This document shows, in pieces, positions 36,960 through 50,681 of a DNA stretch of 64,000 nt (position 1 is its first letter; each line of letters starts with the position of its first letter). The stretch is from Scenedesmus sp. PABB004. Taxonomy: Eukaryota. A model generated the notes under the pieces. That model was not told where the DNA came from. It worked only from the letters and a program-made list of their open reading frames with translations, and made no database searches. The translations under genes were made by a program, and so were the position numbers. The stretch spans positions 372,001 to 436,000 of the forward strand of contig JABVCE010000008.1 of the NCBI GenBank assembly GCA_014905635.1, read 5' to 3'.

Positions 36960-39750
36960 GCGGGCGCCTGGGCCGGCCGCGGGTGTGTGACCTCACGTCG
37001 TGGCGCAGGCGGCGCGCGGAGGGTGGCAGCGGCAGCCGGCGGCGGCAGCTGAGCGGGCGGGCGGCGGGGTTCGGCGGGCGCCGCTGCACCGCGGCGGGCG
37101 CCGCTGCACCGCGGCGTCGCGCCGGCTGCGCCGCGGCCGCCGGCGCCGCAATGACCGCTGCCAGCTGCCGGCCTGCACGCACGCGGGGTCGGGCCGCGCC
37201 GCACGAGCAACTCGGCCAGCTACCTCGCCACGCGGCGCGCAGCGCGCCAGCGGGAGCAACTCCGGACACCGCGGCCAACAACTCTGGCACGCGCGCCTCT
37301 GCAACACAAAGCAGCACGCAGCTGAAACGAAAGCACCTCAACCGCGCCTAGTAGGCGCCCAGGCTGACCACCACCAGCTCCGCCACGCGCGGCAGCCGCG
37401 CCGCCACCTCGGCGTGCGGGAGCGCGCAGCGACGCAGGGTGACCGCGGCCAGCCGCGGCAGCGCCCCCAGCCCGGCGAGCAGGCCGTCCACCACAGCCGC
37501 GTCGCGCGGGGGCGCACCATCGCATTCCAACTCAAAGCAAAGCGCGGCGAGGTCCGGCAGCTGGGCCAGCACGACAGACAGCTGCAGCACCGCCTCGTCG
37601 CTCAGGCGTGTGCGGGGGGCCAGCTGCAGGCACGTGAGCGCCGGCAGGGCCTGCGGCAGGCCCTGCAGCACCGCCGGGCCGAGTGCAAGCTGTGTGCTCG
37701 AGTACTGGCTGAGGCGCAACACGCGAATAGCGTTGCTGACGCCGGCCGCCGTCACGCGCGTCAGCGCCGCGCCAAGGCCGCCGTCGGGCAGCTGCGCCTC
37801 GGTGTCGGTGACCGCGTGACTCAGCTCCAGGTGCGTGAGCCCGGTCAGCGTCTTGCCGAGCTTCGCCAGCTGGCCGGCGGTCATAGGAATGCCGAGGTGG
37901 CGCAGGCGCGTGAGGGCCGCCAGGCCGCTCAGGCGCGGCTTTCTCTCGCTGAAGCCCCAGCCCCCCCACCCCGCGGCGTCAAGGCGCAGCAGGTTGGGCG
38001 GCAGCACGTCACCTTCGGAAGCAATGTTGTAGCCCCCCACGTCCAGCTCCTCGAGCGCGGTCATGTGGCCCAGCTGCAGCGCGCCGTTGCTGCGCGCAAA
38101 CCTGTCGAAGCTCAGGCTGCGCAGGCTCGCCGGCAGGAGCTCCATGGCGCTCTGAGCCGGGCCGTCCTCGTCGGCGTAGTTGACGCCGTGCAGCGCGAGG
38201 CGCTCCAGGCGCGTGAGGCTGCTGACGCAGGAGAGCACGTCCACGCTCCAGCCCATCTGATTCCATTCGTACTCGCCGTCGTCGTCCTCGTCCTCCCCGT
38301 CGTCCATGTCCATGCGCAGCACCAGGCTGCGCAGCTCTGCGCGCAGTCGGCGAGCGGCGCGCGGAACGGCGGTGTTTGCGCACCAAGAGCCGAGCAGGGC
38401 GTCGCGCCCGCGGCGGCGGTGCGTGGGCGCAGGTGGTGGTGGGTCGCAGTGGACGCAGCCGTCTCGCGCGCACGTGACAGCCGGCGCAGGTCGCCGTAGA
38501 GGGGCGCCAGCGCGGCCTCGTATGTTTCACCCATCCAGAGGGTGAACTTGCAGCCGTAGCCGATGTCCAGGTGCGTCAGGCCGGTCGGCAGCGCCTGCGC
38601 GGCAGCAGCGTGCGGCACGCGTCGGCGGCCGCGGGGTGAGGCGCGCGCTGGCCGCTGCGGCGTGCGCTCAGCGCCCCGCCCGCCACGCACCTGCAGGTAG
38701 CTCTGGGGCACCACGCCCGGCAGCGTGCACGTGAACGAGCGCAGGCCGCCCAGGTCCGCATGCAGCAGGGCGTTGCCGAGCCAGCGCGACGCGCCCTCCT
38801 GGTCGTTGCGCTCCTGCAGCCTGGGCCGGCGGGAGCGGCACGGCGACGGCGCGCGAGGCCGCGTCAGAGCGAGTTGTTGTGAGAGCAGGGCCAGCGCTGG
38901 CCACCGTGCTGTGCCCGCCGGGCTCACGCGAACATCTCGCTGACAATCGCTTCCTCGTCCTCGTCGTCCTCGTCGCTGTTGGCCCACTTCAAGCTGTCCC
39001 GCGTGGTGGCCGCCATGGCCGCCGGCTCAAACTCCAGCGCGCGCACCATGGCGCCGTTGCCCTCGCTGCACAGCCAGTCGTGCAGCGCCTCGGCCTCGGC
39101 CAGGCTGCGCGGCCGCACGCTGAGCGCCAGACGGCCGGCGTACGCCTGCCGCACGCGCGCCGCCGCCGCCTTGCTGGCGCAGAGCAGCACACACGCCGCG
39201 CGCTGCGGCAGCGGCGCAGCGTGCTGCAGCACGAGCTCGAGCAGCAGAGCGCCGCGCGCCTCAGCCGCGACCTCCTCCGCGGCCCGCTCGCGCTGCTCGG
39301 CGCCGCGCGTCACCGGCATGGCGCCTGCGGAGCAGCCGGCCGCGCGCGAGCGCAGCAGTTGGCGCTGCGCCAGCCCGCCGCCCGCTGCTGCGCGAGGCTG
39401 CTGTCGGCGCCGCCGCGGCGCGCCCGCTGCCCCGGAGGCCCCGCGCACCACGAGTGCGGGCGCGTCACGCTCTCTGGTCACGCAACCGGCCGCTGCGAGG
39501 CGGGGGCGGGCTGTGCGCTGGCGGCGCTGGGCGGCGCGCGCCGGTGCAGCAGCGGCGGCGGGGGCGCGAGCCGCGGGCGCCTGGGCCGGCCCCGGGTGTG
39601 CGACCTCCAGGTCGTGGCGCAGGCGGCGCGCGGAGGGTGACAGCGGCAGCCGGCGGCGGCAGCTGAGCGGGCGGGCGGGCGGCGGGGTTCGGCGACCGCC
39701 GCTGCGCCGCGGGCGTCGCGCCGGCTGCGCCGCGGCCGCCGGCGCCGCAC
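36960..39750 (-). repeat. Arm B of the inverted duplication, bounded by direct repeats at 36960-37150 and 39573-39750
   Basis: Both ends read gcgggcgcctgggccggcc...gtcgtggcgcaggcggcgcgcggagggtg...cagctgagcgggcgggcgg...ggggttcggcg...gcgtcgcgccggctgcgccgcggccgccggcgccgca. Confidence 0.9.
37348..39319 (-). CDS. LRR (RNI-like) protein, copy B (inverted paralogue of 27853-29850)
   Basis: Same four-exon structure; MPVTRGAEQRERAAEEV...VVVSLGAY*. Confidence 0.8.
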
Positions 39751-39845
39751 CCGTCGCTTCCAGCTTGCCGCCTCCTCCCACTCTGCCAGGGCTCTCTGCA
39801 GTGCGGCCTGTTTCCAGCCCTCCGTCCCCGCTGGCCTCACCGCCC

Positions 39846-41421
39846 TCACGCCGCCAGCGCCGCCCGCTTGACGATCGCGACCGCGTCGCCCACGCGCACG
39901 CGCCCCGGCCCCGTCACGGCCGCGTTCCAGCCCCAGAACACCTCGTGCGTCCACGAGCGCCGCGCCTCCGCCCAGCCGAGCACCTTTCCGCTCCTGAAGT
40001 CGCGCAGCGCCCGCAGCGGCTCGGTGCCAACCTCCCCGCTCGCCTGGTCAATGGTCGTCACCTGCGCGGCCGGCCGCGCAGCAGACGCGCAGCGTTCGGG
40101 GCGCGGCGAGGGAGGCCGGCGCGCGCGCGCGCGCGCTGCAGGGCGGACCGCGCCGCGCCGCGCCGCGCCGCGCCGCGCCTTGCAGCGGCTGCAGGGCTTG
40201 ACGTACTGCAGCGCCGCGCCGCCGGCGCCGCCGACGGCGATGCTGGCCCAGCCGTCGTCGGCCCACGCCTCGCCCGCGCCCGCGAGGACCACGTTGGGCC
40301 GGAAGCGGTCCATCGGCAGCGCCGCGCCGCCGCCGCCGCAGAGGCGCGCGTTGAGGTCAGCCAGGTTCTCCTGCGCAGCGCGGCAAGGCAGCGCAGCGCA
40401 GCGCGGGCAGCCCGTGTCACGAGGCCCCTGGGGCCCGGCGCGCCCGCCGCTCCCTGCGCCGCCGCCACCGCGCACCTGCATGCCGACGAGCAGCGGGAAG
40501 CCATCCGCGAAGCGCACCTCGTCGCCGCCGGGCGCGGCGCAAAACTCGGGATCGCTGCGGCGCACCGCGTCGGGCACGGCGCCGGCCGCCGCGGAGCCGA
40601 GGTGCCTGCCGGCGCGCGCGGTGTGAGCGCCAGCCGGGCAGCGCGCGGCGCGGCAGCGCGCGGCGCGGCGCCCGCCGCAGGCGCCCCAGGCGCGGTGTGC
40701 GCCGCCACTCACCGGACCAGCCGCGCCGGCGTGTCCAGGAGGCGGGAGAACCAGGCGGCCGCCTCGTCGCCCTCGTCGACGGCGTTGCCCGTCCAGTCCC
40801 ACACGGTCACGCGCCTGCGCGCACGCGCGCGCGTGCGGGTCGGTGCGGCGGCGCAGTCGCGGGGGGATCGCGCCCGCGCAGCGAGCGCTTGCGGCCGCGC
40901 GGGCGGCGCCTCGCGTCGGCCGGCGCGGGGCGGCGCACCTGGTCGCGCCCGCCGGGGCGGCGCGGCGGGGTCGACCAGCGGCACCTGCAGCTGCGGCATG
41001 CCCGGCGTGCCCAGCACGAGCGCCGCGCCGGGCGCGAGCTTCCCCCAGCCGGCGCCGAGGAGGGCCTCCGGCGGCAGCGCGGTGCTCACGAGGCAGAGCT
41101 TGGGGATTTGGCGTTGCGTGATGAACTTGCCGCTCTCCTCCCGCACCACCATCCACTGGCGGTCGAACGCCAGCCCTGTGCGCGCGGCCGGCCGGCGGCG
41201 CGCGCGGGTGTCGGCACTGCTGCTGCTTGGTGCCGGCGCGCCGCTGCGCGCGGCCGGCCGGCGGCGCGCGCGGGTGTCGGCGCCGCTGCTGCTCGGTGCC
41301 TGCGCCGGCGCTGCGCCGGCGCCGCGCCTGTGGACAGGACCTCCGCCGATTCCAGCGGGATGCCCTTGCAGCCCTTGACCGGATACACCGTCAGCGCGGT
41401 CACCACGACGGACGCCGACAT
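39846..41421 (-). CDS. MOSC-domain molybdenum-cofactor protein (mARC/ARC-like amidoxime reducing component)
   Basis: LTVYPVKGCKG, FDRQWMVV, FITQR, DEGDEAAAWFS, FADGFPLL, PMDRFRPNVV, VKPCSRCK|VTTIDQ, GRVRVGD. Confidence 0.92.
41180..41300. repeat. Two-copy tandem repeat (~66 bp period) forming most of mARC intron 1
   Basis: gcgcgcggccggccggcggcgcgcgcgggtgtcggcRcYgctgctgctYggtgcc at ~41180 and ~41246. Confidence 0.85.
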
Positions 41422-41996
41422 CGCAGCGGCGGCGGGAGCTGAGCTGAGATGGCAGCGGCGGGGGAGCGCCCAGGAGGGCGCGGTGCTGTGCGGCTGCGCG
41501 GTGCTGGAGGCGGACTGAGGCACGGGGGCGGTGGACGCGGCTGAAAAGGTTCGGCAGGGCTCTTGGCGCTGTGGCGCGGCGAGCGAACAAGCGCCCTTTC
41601 AGCTCCAACGGCGCCGCTCGCCACCGTCCGACCAACGCAGTCCCACCAGCAGCAACGTGCCACGCCCAAAACTGCGCCGCGCCGCCGCCGCAGCTGCGGG
41701 CCTCGGGTGCGCTCGCAGCACCGCGCGTTCAGTGAACTTCAGTGTGGCGCCGCGCCCACGTGCACGCAACTAGGGCGAAAAGAATGGCCCGGCAGTGCTT
41801 GCGCGAGTGTTGTGGGCTCGCCGGCCCCCCGCCGCCGCTGCGAGCTGCCGGCTGCAGCCGCGCCGCCGCGCCGCCCGCCCCGCACGCGCGCCGCCGCCGC
41901 CGCCGCGCCAGGCCCGCCGGCGCCGCGCGGCGCCCGCCCCGGCCGCGGCGGGGGCGCGCTCAGTCGAGCGGTGCTTTGGCCCAGCGGCGCCGCTGG

Positions 41997-43057
41997 TCAG
42001 AGCATGACGGTGGAGTCGAAGAACACGCGGTCGTCGTCGGTGACGTCGTGCACGTGGAAGCGGCGGATGACGTCGCTGAAGCCGTGCACGGTGCGCCGCC
42101 CGCTCACGTGGCTGCGCCGGAAGCAGCGCTCGAGGCGCTGCTTGTCCCAGCCGCGCCACGCCGCCAGGTCGCAGCCGAGGCGCTCAAACTCGCGCAGCTG
42201 CAGCGTAAAGCCCTCGTTGGGGTCGACGACCGGCCGCGCCTGCTGCACGTGCGCGAGCGCGGTCTCAAAGCTCAGGCGCTCGCGCCACATTACGTAGCCG
42301 ACCGCGATGCAGCCGCTGCGGCTCATGCCCTGCGCGCAGTGCACGAGCACGGCGCCTGCCGCGCGCGCGCGTGCGCGCGCGGGGCGCGGCGCGCCGCCGT
42401 CAGGGGTTCAGGCGGCCGCGCCGCCGCCGCTGCAGCGCACCACCCCTGGCGCCGCGCCACATGCGCCGCTCCGCGCCCCGCCCTGCTCGCGGGGCCGGCC
42501 GGCCGGCGCACCCGACTTGCGGCCCTCGTCGATGAAGTCAAAGGCCTCCCGGAAGACCGCGACCAGGTCCTCGTCCTCCTCGTCGCTCACGGAGAGGTGC
42601 TTGTACACCAGCACGCCCGGGTGCGACGGCCGCAGCTCGCCGCCCGCCTGCGGCGCCGCGGGCAGGCAGAGTGTCGGGGGCGCGCCGCGGCGCTGCGTCC
42701 AGCTGCGACCAGTCGCGCGGCCGCACAGGCGCCGCGCCTGCAGGACGTGCGTGATGCCGGCCTCCTGCAGGGCGGGAAGGCAGGCCTCGGTCTCGCGCGA
42801 GCCGATGAAGAGGTGCCTGCCGAGCGCCGGCGGCGGACACGTCGGCGCGTGCAGCGGCGGCAGCGGCGGCCAGGCGACCGCGCGGCCCACGGCGCGCCCC
42901 ACCGACGTATTTTGCCAGGCGGGTCAAGGCACGCTGCCTCACTGGAGCCCGCGGGCGCGGCAGCGGCGAGGCCACGGCGTTCCGACACCACATCCGAGCC
43001 CGCGCGCAGGTCCTTGAGCACGCGCGAGCGAATGTGGTCCGTCGTCGTGGCAGTCAT
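41997..43057 (-). CDS. Dual-specificity protein phosphatase, paralogue 1, 4 exons
   Basis: LFIGS, GITHVLQ, VSDEEDEDL, AFDFIDE, VLVHCAQGMSRS (CX5R), ARPVVDPNEGFTLQL. Confidence 0.92.
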
Positions 43058-43445
43058 CACGACGCGAGCTTCCGACGCGCCCGGGGGGAGCAGTGCGGTG
43101 CGCCAGCGCGCGGCAGCAGGCGCGGCAGCAGCAGCAGCGAGCCGGCAGCAACAGCGCGGTGGCAGCGCGCCGCGCCACCAGTTCCGGAGAGTGGCGGGAG
43201 GACGGGCGAGAGCTGTGCAAGCGGCGGCGGCGGCCGGCGCGGGTGCCGTCACGAGGGCGCAGCCGCCAACCGCAGCGCGGGGGCTCACGGCCGTCGACAG
43301 TCGGTCGTCACCGCCGCACAGCCACGCCCCTCAACAACGCCAACTCCCAACATCGCTCATCAGCACCTACTGTACAGCCGCCGCGGTGGTGCGGCGGCGC
43401 CCCGCGCCCCGCGCAGCGCCTCTCGCAGCGCACTCGCAGCTCGCG

Positions 43446-44267
43446 TCACCACGCGCGGATGAGCCGCGCGTCGGCAAACACGGTGCTGCCGTCGTCGCCG
43501 GCGTCGCCGTCGCGGACGTGCAGCGCGCGGATGACCTCGCGCGCGGTCAGCAGGCTGGGCGGGCCGCCGGCGCCGGCGGCCGCGCGCTCCGCGGGCCAGC
43601 CGCGCCACGCCGACAGGTCGCAGCCGAGGCGCTCGTACGCGTGCAGCTGCTCCAGGAAGCCCGCGTTGGGCTCGGCGGCCGGCCGCGCGGCCCGCACGAG
43701 CGCGAGCGCGGCGGCGGCGCCCATCCGCGGCGCGTGCGCGGCCGCCGCGCCGGCTGCCGCGCAGCCTGGCGGGGGCGGCACGTCGCCGTCGCCGTGCGCC
43801 ATGAGGTAGGCCGCCGCGACCGCCGCGCTGCGGCTGACGCCCTGCTCGCAGTGCACCAGCACGCCGCCTGGGCGGGCGGGCGCAGCGCGCGGTCGGCAAG
43901 GGGCTGGCCGCCTGCCGCGCGCTGGCGCACCGCGGCGCTCGGCGTGTGCGCGCGCCGCACCAGCTCGCCGGCTGGCGTTGATGAACTCGAACGCCGCCGG
44001 CAGGTGAGCCAGCAGCTCCTGCTCCTGCGTGTCCGCGAGCGCGAGCGCCAGGCGGGCGCGGGGGCGCGCGACCGCCTCGTGGGCGCCGCCGGGCGCGCTG
44101 CTGCTCTGCGGCTGCTCCATGCAGACGCTCAGCACGTGTGAAATGCCTCGCGCGGCCCGCAGAGCGTCGGCGGAGCCCAGCCAGAGGCCAGCGAGCAGCT
44201 GCGCCGGCGTGTCGCCTGGCGCCTGCTGGGGGGCCCCACGCAGGTCGCTATGCGGTCTCGAAGCCAT
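43446..44267 (-). CDS. Dual-specificity protein phosphatase, paralogue 2; one intron 43868-43960
   Basis: LWLGS, ISHVLSV, AFEFI, VLVHCEQGVSRS, ARPAAEPNAGFLEQL. Confidence 0.9.
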   Translation of the reverse strand: MASRPHSDLRGAPQQAPGDTPAQLLAGLWLGSADALRAARGISHVLSVCMEQPQSSSAPGGAHEAVARPRARLALALADTQEQELLAHLPAAFEFINASRRAGAARAHAERRGAPARGRRPAPCRPRAAPARPGGVLVHCEQGVSRSAAVAAAYLMAHGDGDVPPPPGCAAAGAAAAHAPRMGAAAALALVRAARPAAEPNAGFLEQLHAYERLGCDLSAWRGWPAERAAAGAGGPPSLLTAREVIRALHVRDGDAGDDGSTVFADARLIRAW

Positions 44268-44413
44268 GGCAGAGCTGTGAGATGCGGCGCAGCCCGCTGC
44301 ACGCCCGCACGAGCCGCGGCGGGGCGGCGGAGGTTCTTGACGCGGCCGCAGAGCTGGCGGCGGTCACACCTGGCGTGAGCCCAGAGCTCCTCGCGTGGCG
44401 GGCTGCCGTGCAA

Positions 44414-44418
44414 TTACA
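44414..44418 (-). promoter_or_regulatory. TGTAA polyadenylation signal of the OYE gene
   Basis: ttaca on plus strand about 130 nt beyond the OYE stop. Confidence 0.5.
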
Positions 44419-44549
44419 GTTCAAGGTCTGCGTTGGTGGTGCGCTGCCGCCGGAGTGCCGGCGCCGCGCTGCCCGCACGACCCGCTCGCAAACCGACGCT
44501 GTCGCCTTGACACGCTGCGCGGTGATCGCCCCGCGAATGCTCCGCTCGC

Positions 44550-47194
<2,645 letters not shown>

Positions 47195-47578
47195 CCTGCG
47201 CTGCTGCTGCTCTCCTGCTCCGGTTAAGGCCCCTCTCCTGCGCGCGCGGCTCGCAAGCTGCCTGTCTATTCGCAGCGGGGCAGGGCGTGAGGCGCGCGCG
47301 TGGAACGAGCGGGCGTTTTGACGATGACGCCCCGCCGCTGGGGCTCGGGCGCGCTTGCCCGCCGCCGCGCGCTCGCGGCTGCGCGCCGCCGACAACAAAG
47401 AATGAGAGGGAGGCTGTGGCCGCCTTCGCATGACGTCAAGAACTTGCAGCTCCCGCGCGCGGCCGCACAGGCGCGCCGCGCGGCGCAGTCAGCACGCGAA
47501 ACGGGGTCAGCCCGCGGCGTGTGCCCGAGGCAATCCCTGCCCGCAGGAATCCCTGCTTGCCGTCAGCAACCCTCCTAC

Positions 47579-50071
47579 CTACCAGCGCGCCGCGCAGCAG
47601 TCGCAGCCGCCGGTGCACAGGTCGCAGCCGCCGGCGCCGCGCAGCAGGCGCGCGAGCGTGGCGCGCTCAAACGCGCTCTCGCTGCTCGAGCTGCGGCAGA
47701 GCACGGCGAGCCGCGCCGCGCCGGGCGGCCGCGCCGCGGCGGCGGCGGAGACGGCGCCCCACACGCTCGACGCGGCGCCGTCGCCGCGCCGCGGGCAGCT
47801 GCCGGCGATGTAGACCATCGCCGGCGCGCCCGCGGGGAGCCGCGCGAGCGCGCCGGTGCTGTGCCCCACGTGCAGGCGCGCGAGGCTGGCCAGGCCCCGC
47901 GCGAGCTTGGCCACGGCGGGCGCGGGCGCGCAGGGCGTGTTGTAGAGATCCAGCGCTGACAGCGCGGTGAGGGCGGTCAGGGCGGTCAGGCCCTCGCCGA
48001 CGCGGCGGCAGTACGAGAGGTGTAGCTCGCGTACTTGGGGGAACGCGGCCGCCGCGAGGCGCAGCCCCGCATCCGACACCTGGCTGTGGCTCAGGCTCAG
48101 CCGCGCGAGGCGCGCCGCGCGGGCCGGCGGCGGCGCCGCCGCGCGCGACACGGCGCGCAGCAGCTCGTCGACGTCGCCCTGGTACCCCACGAGGCTCAGC
48201 GAGGCGAGCGCGCTGCAGCGCTCGAGCGTCGCCGCCAGCGGCGCCTGCAGGGCGACGCCGTCGACCTTGAGCCAGTCCAGGCTCAGGCTCGCCAACCGCC
48301 CGCACCAGCTTGCCGGGATGAGCAGCGCCGGCGGCGCCGCGCCCGCTGCGCAGCTGCCGCCGCAGTCGCCGCCGCCGCCGCTGCAGCAGCAGCAGCTGCC
48401 GCAGCTGGCGGCGCCGGCGGGGCCGTCCGCCGCGTTGTTGCTGGCGGCCTCCGCGGCTGTCGCCGCCGCCGCGGCCGCCGCCGCGACGGCCGCCGCGACG
48501 GCCGCCGCGACGGCCGCCGCGACGGCGGCGGACGCGGCCGCCACCACGCCCGGCTCGGGCGCCCCGGCGGCCTCTGGCGGCTCGAGCGGCATGCAGGCCA
48601 GGTCCAGCGCGGTGAGCTGCGCGCCGAGCAGGCCCGGGCGCTGCCGCTCGGCCGCCGCCAGCGCGCGCAGGCCCGCGACGGAGAGGCCCGGCCACATGAG
48701 CTCGGCTGGCAGCATCCAGCTGTTGGTGCTGCAGCCCGCCACGCGCAGCTCGCGCAGGCCGGGGCACGCGGCGAGCGCCGCCGCCATGCCCGCGTCGCCC
48801 ACGCCCGTCTGCTCCAGCCGCAGGCTGGTCAGCTGCGTGCAGTGCGTGGCAAGCACCGCGACGGCGGCGTCGCTGACCTCCACCTGCGGCGCAAGACGCG
48901 GCGGCGGCGGTCAGCCGGTGACGGCAGGGGTCAGGCGGCGCCGGCGGGCCCTCGGGGCCGCGCACGCGCGCACCGCGCTCCCGCGCCGCACCTGCACGAG
49001 CTCCAGCGCGCGCAGCGCGGGGCAGCCGCGTGCCACGGCGACGAGGCAGGCGTCGTCCAGGACGCACTTGCCCGTCAGCTCCTCGCTCAGTCGCAGCACC
49101 TGCGCGACAGAGCGGCAGCGCACAAAGAGGTTGCTCAGCGTCCCGCCGGCTCGCTCGGGCGGCGCCAGCCTCTACTGGCCCCGCGCAGCGGCACGCGGCG
49201 GCCGCGCCGCGCCTGCAGCCCGCTGCAGTTGGCGGCCAAAGCGAAGCAGGCGTCAAATCCAACGCCCGCGGCCCCGCTCTCCGGAAGCAGCACGTCCAGC
49301 AGGCGCAGCCCGGGCGTGGCCTCGAAGAAGGCCGCCAGCCCTGCCGAAGTGATCTGCGCGCGGCGGCCGCGGCGGCGGCCCGCCCTCGTGAGCGTGCCGG
49401 CCGCGGGCGCCGCGCGCAGCGCGCCGCGCGCCGCGGCGCCGCCGCCGCGCCTGGGGGCAGCCGTGCAGCGTGAGCGCCGCGAGGCGCCGCCCGGCGCCGG
49501 CGAGCGCGCGCAGGCCGGCGTCGCTGCAGGCGTGGCAGCGGAAGAGGGCGAGCGACGCGAGGCGCGGGCAGGCGCCGAGCGACGCGAGGCCGGCGTCGGT
49601 GACGTAGTTGCCAAACGCGTTGCTCTCGGTGCGCCCGACCGCGACGTGGCTGAGCCCGGGGCAGTGCTCCGCAAACGCCGCGAGCGCGGCGTCGGTGACG
49701 TCCAGGTTGAGCAGCGTGACGCGCACGAGGCGCGTGCACGCGCCCGCGAGGCCGCCGAGGCTCGCCTCGAGCAGGCTGCCACCGTAGAGGCGGTCGGCCG
49801 CAAACGCTGCGCTGACCTCGGTCAGGCCGGGCGCGTGGCGCGCGAGGAAGCGGAAGAGGCGCGCCGCCTTCATGTGAGAGACCTCGTGCGCGTCGCCGCC
49901 GCGCCACGACGTGCGCGCCGCGAGCGCCGAGAGCCCCGCCTCGTGCAGGTGGCGCCCGGCCGCCATGACGGCGGCCTGGTCGGCCAGCGGCAGCAGCCCG
50001 CACGCGAGGGCGAGCACGCCCGGCGGCAGGTCCATGAAGCTCCGCGGCGGCGGCGCGTCCGCGGCCTCCAT
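47579..50071 (-). CDS. F-box/LRR-repeat (FBXL-like) protein
   Basis: N-terminal FMDLPPGVLALACGLLP, followed by Cys-containing LRRs (VTDAALAAFAEHCPGL, VTDAGLASLGACPRL, VSDAAVAVLATHCTQL, VSDAGL). Confidence 0.85.
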
Positions 50072-50681
50072 GGCGCCGCGCGCGCGGGCAGCGCGCCTGG
50101 TCGGGCAGCGGCAGCAGCGGCGGCGTTCAGGCGCGGCACGGCGCCGCAGCGCGCGCGGCAGCGCGGCCACAGGCTGGCGGAATGGCGGACAAGCGACCGC
50201 GACTGCGACGCGCTGCCACGGCTGCCGGGCCAGCGCGTGGCGGGCCCGCGCAGCTGGGAAAGCTCGCAGCTGGGCGCACGGTGCGCTAGGCTCACCGGCG
50301 GGGCGCGCTAACTACACAATGTCTCTCAGCTGCACTCCAGGCCGGGTGCCAGGCCTGGCAGCGGCGCAGAGGCGACGGCACTCGTGGTCGAAAGATGGCG
50401 GAGCCTCCCAGCTTGGCGGGCGCCCGCGGGGTGCCGGCTCTCGGCGCGCGCTGATCGCGGTGTGTTTGGACAACCCGCGGCGGGGTACTGGCAGCTCGTG
50501 CTAACAGGGCTGTGTTTCTGGGCACGAGCACCGGCTGACCCGCGCCAGTCGTCGCCCGAGCTTACCACCGCGATCCCCGCAGCTTGCTCGCTCGCCGCGG
50601 ATCGCCGCCGCGCCCGCCGCCCGCTGCCGCTGCTGCCCGCCGCTGCCGCCGCCGCTGCCCGCCGCCGTGTGCGGGCGCGCG

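Noticed and set aside
36960..39750. LTR retrotransposon interpretation of the direct repeats
   Set aside because: No gag/pol, no TG...CA termini, no primer-binding site or target-site duplication recognised, and the enclosed gene keeps its introns.
43868..43960. In-frame, stop-free 93 nt intron in DSP2 as regulated intron retention
   Set aside because: Stop-free 3n introns are expected by chance here, and retention would interrupt the catalytic domain.
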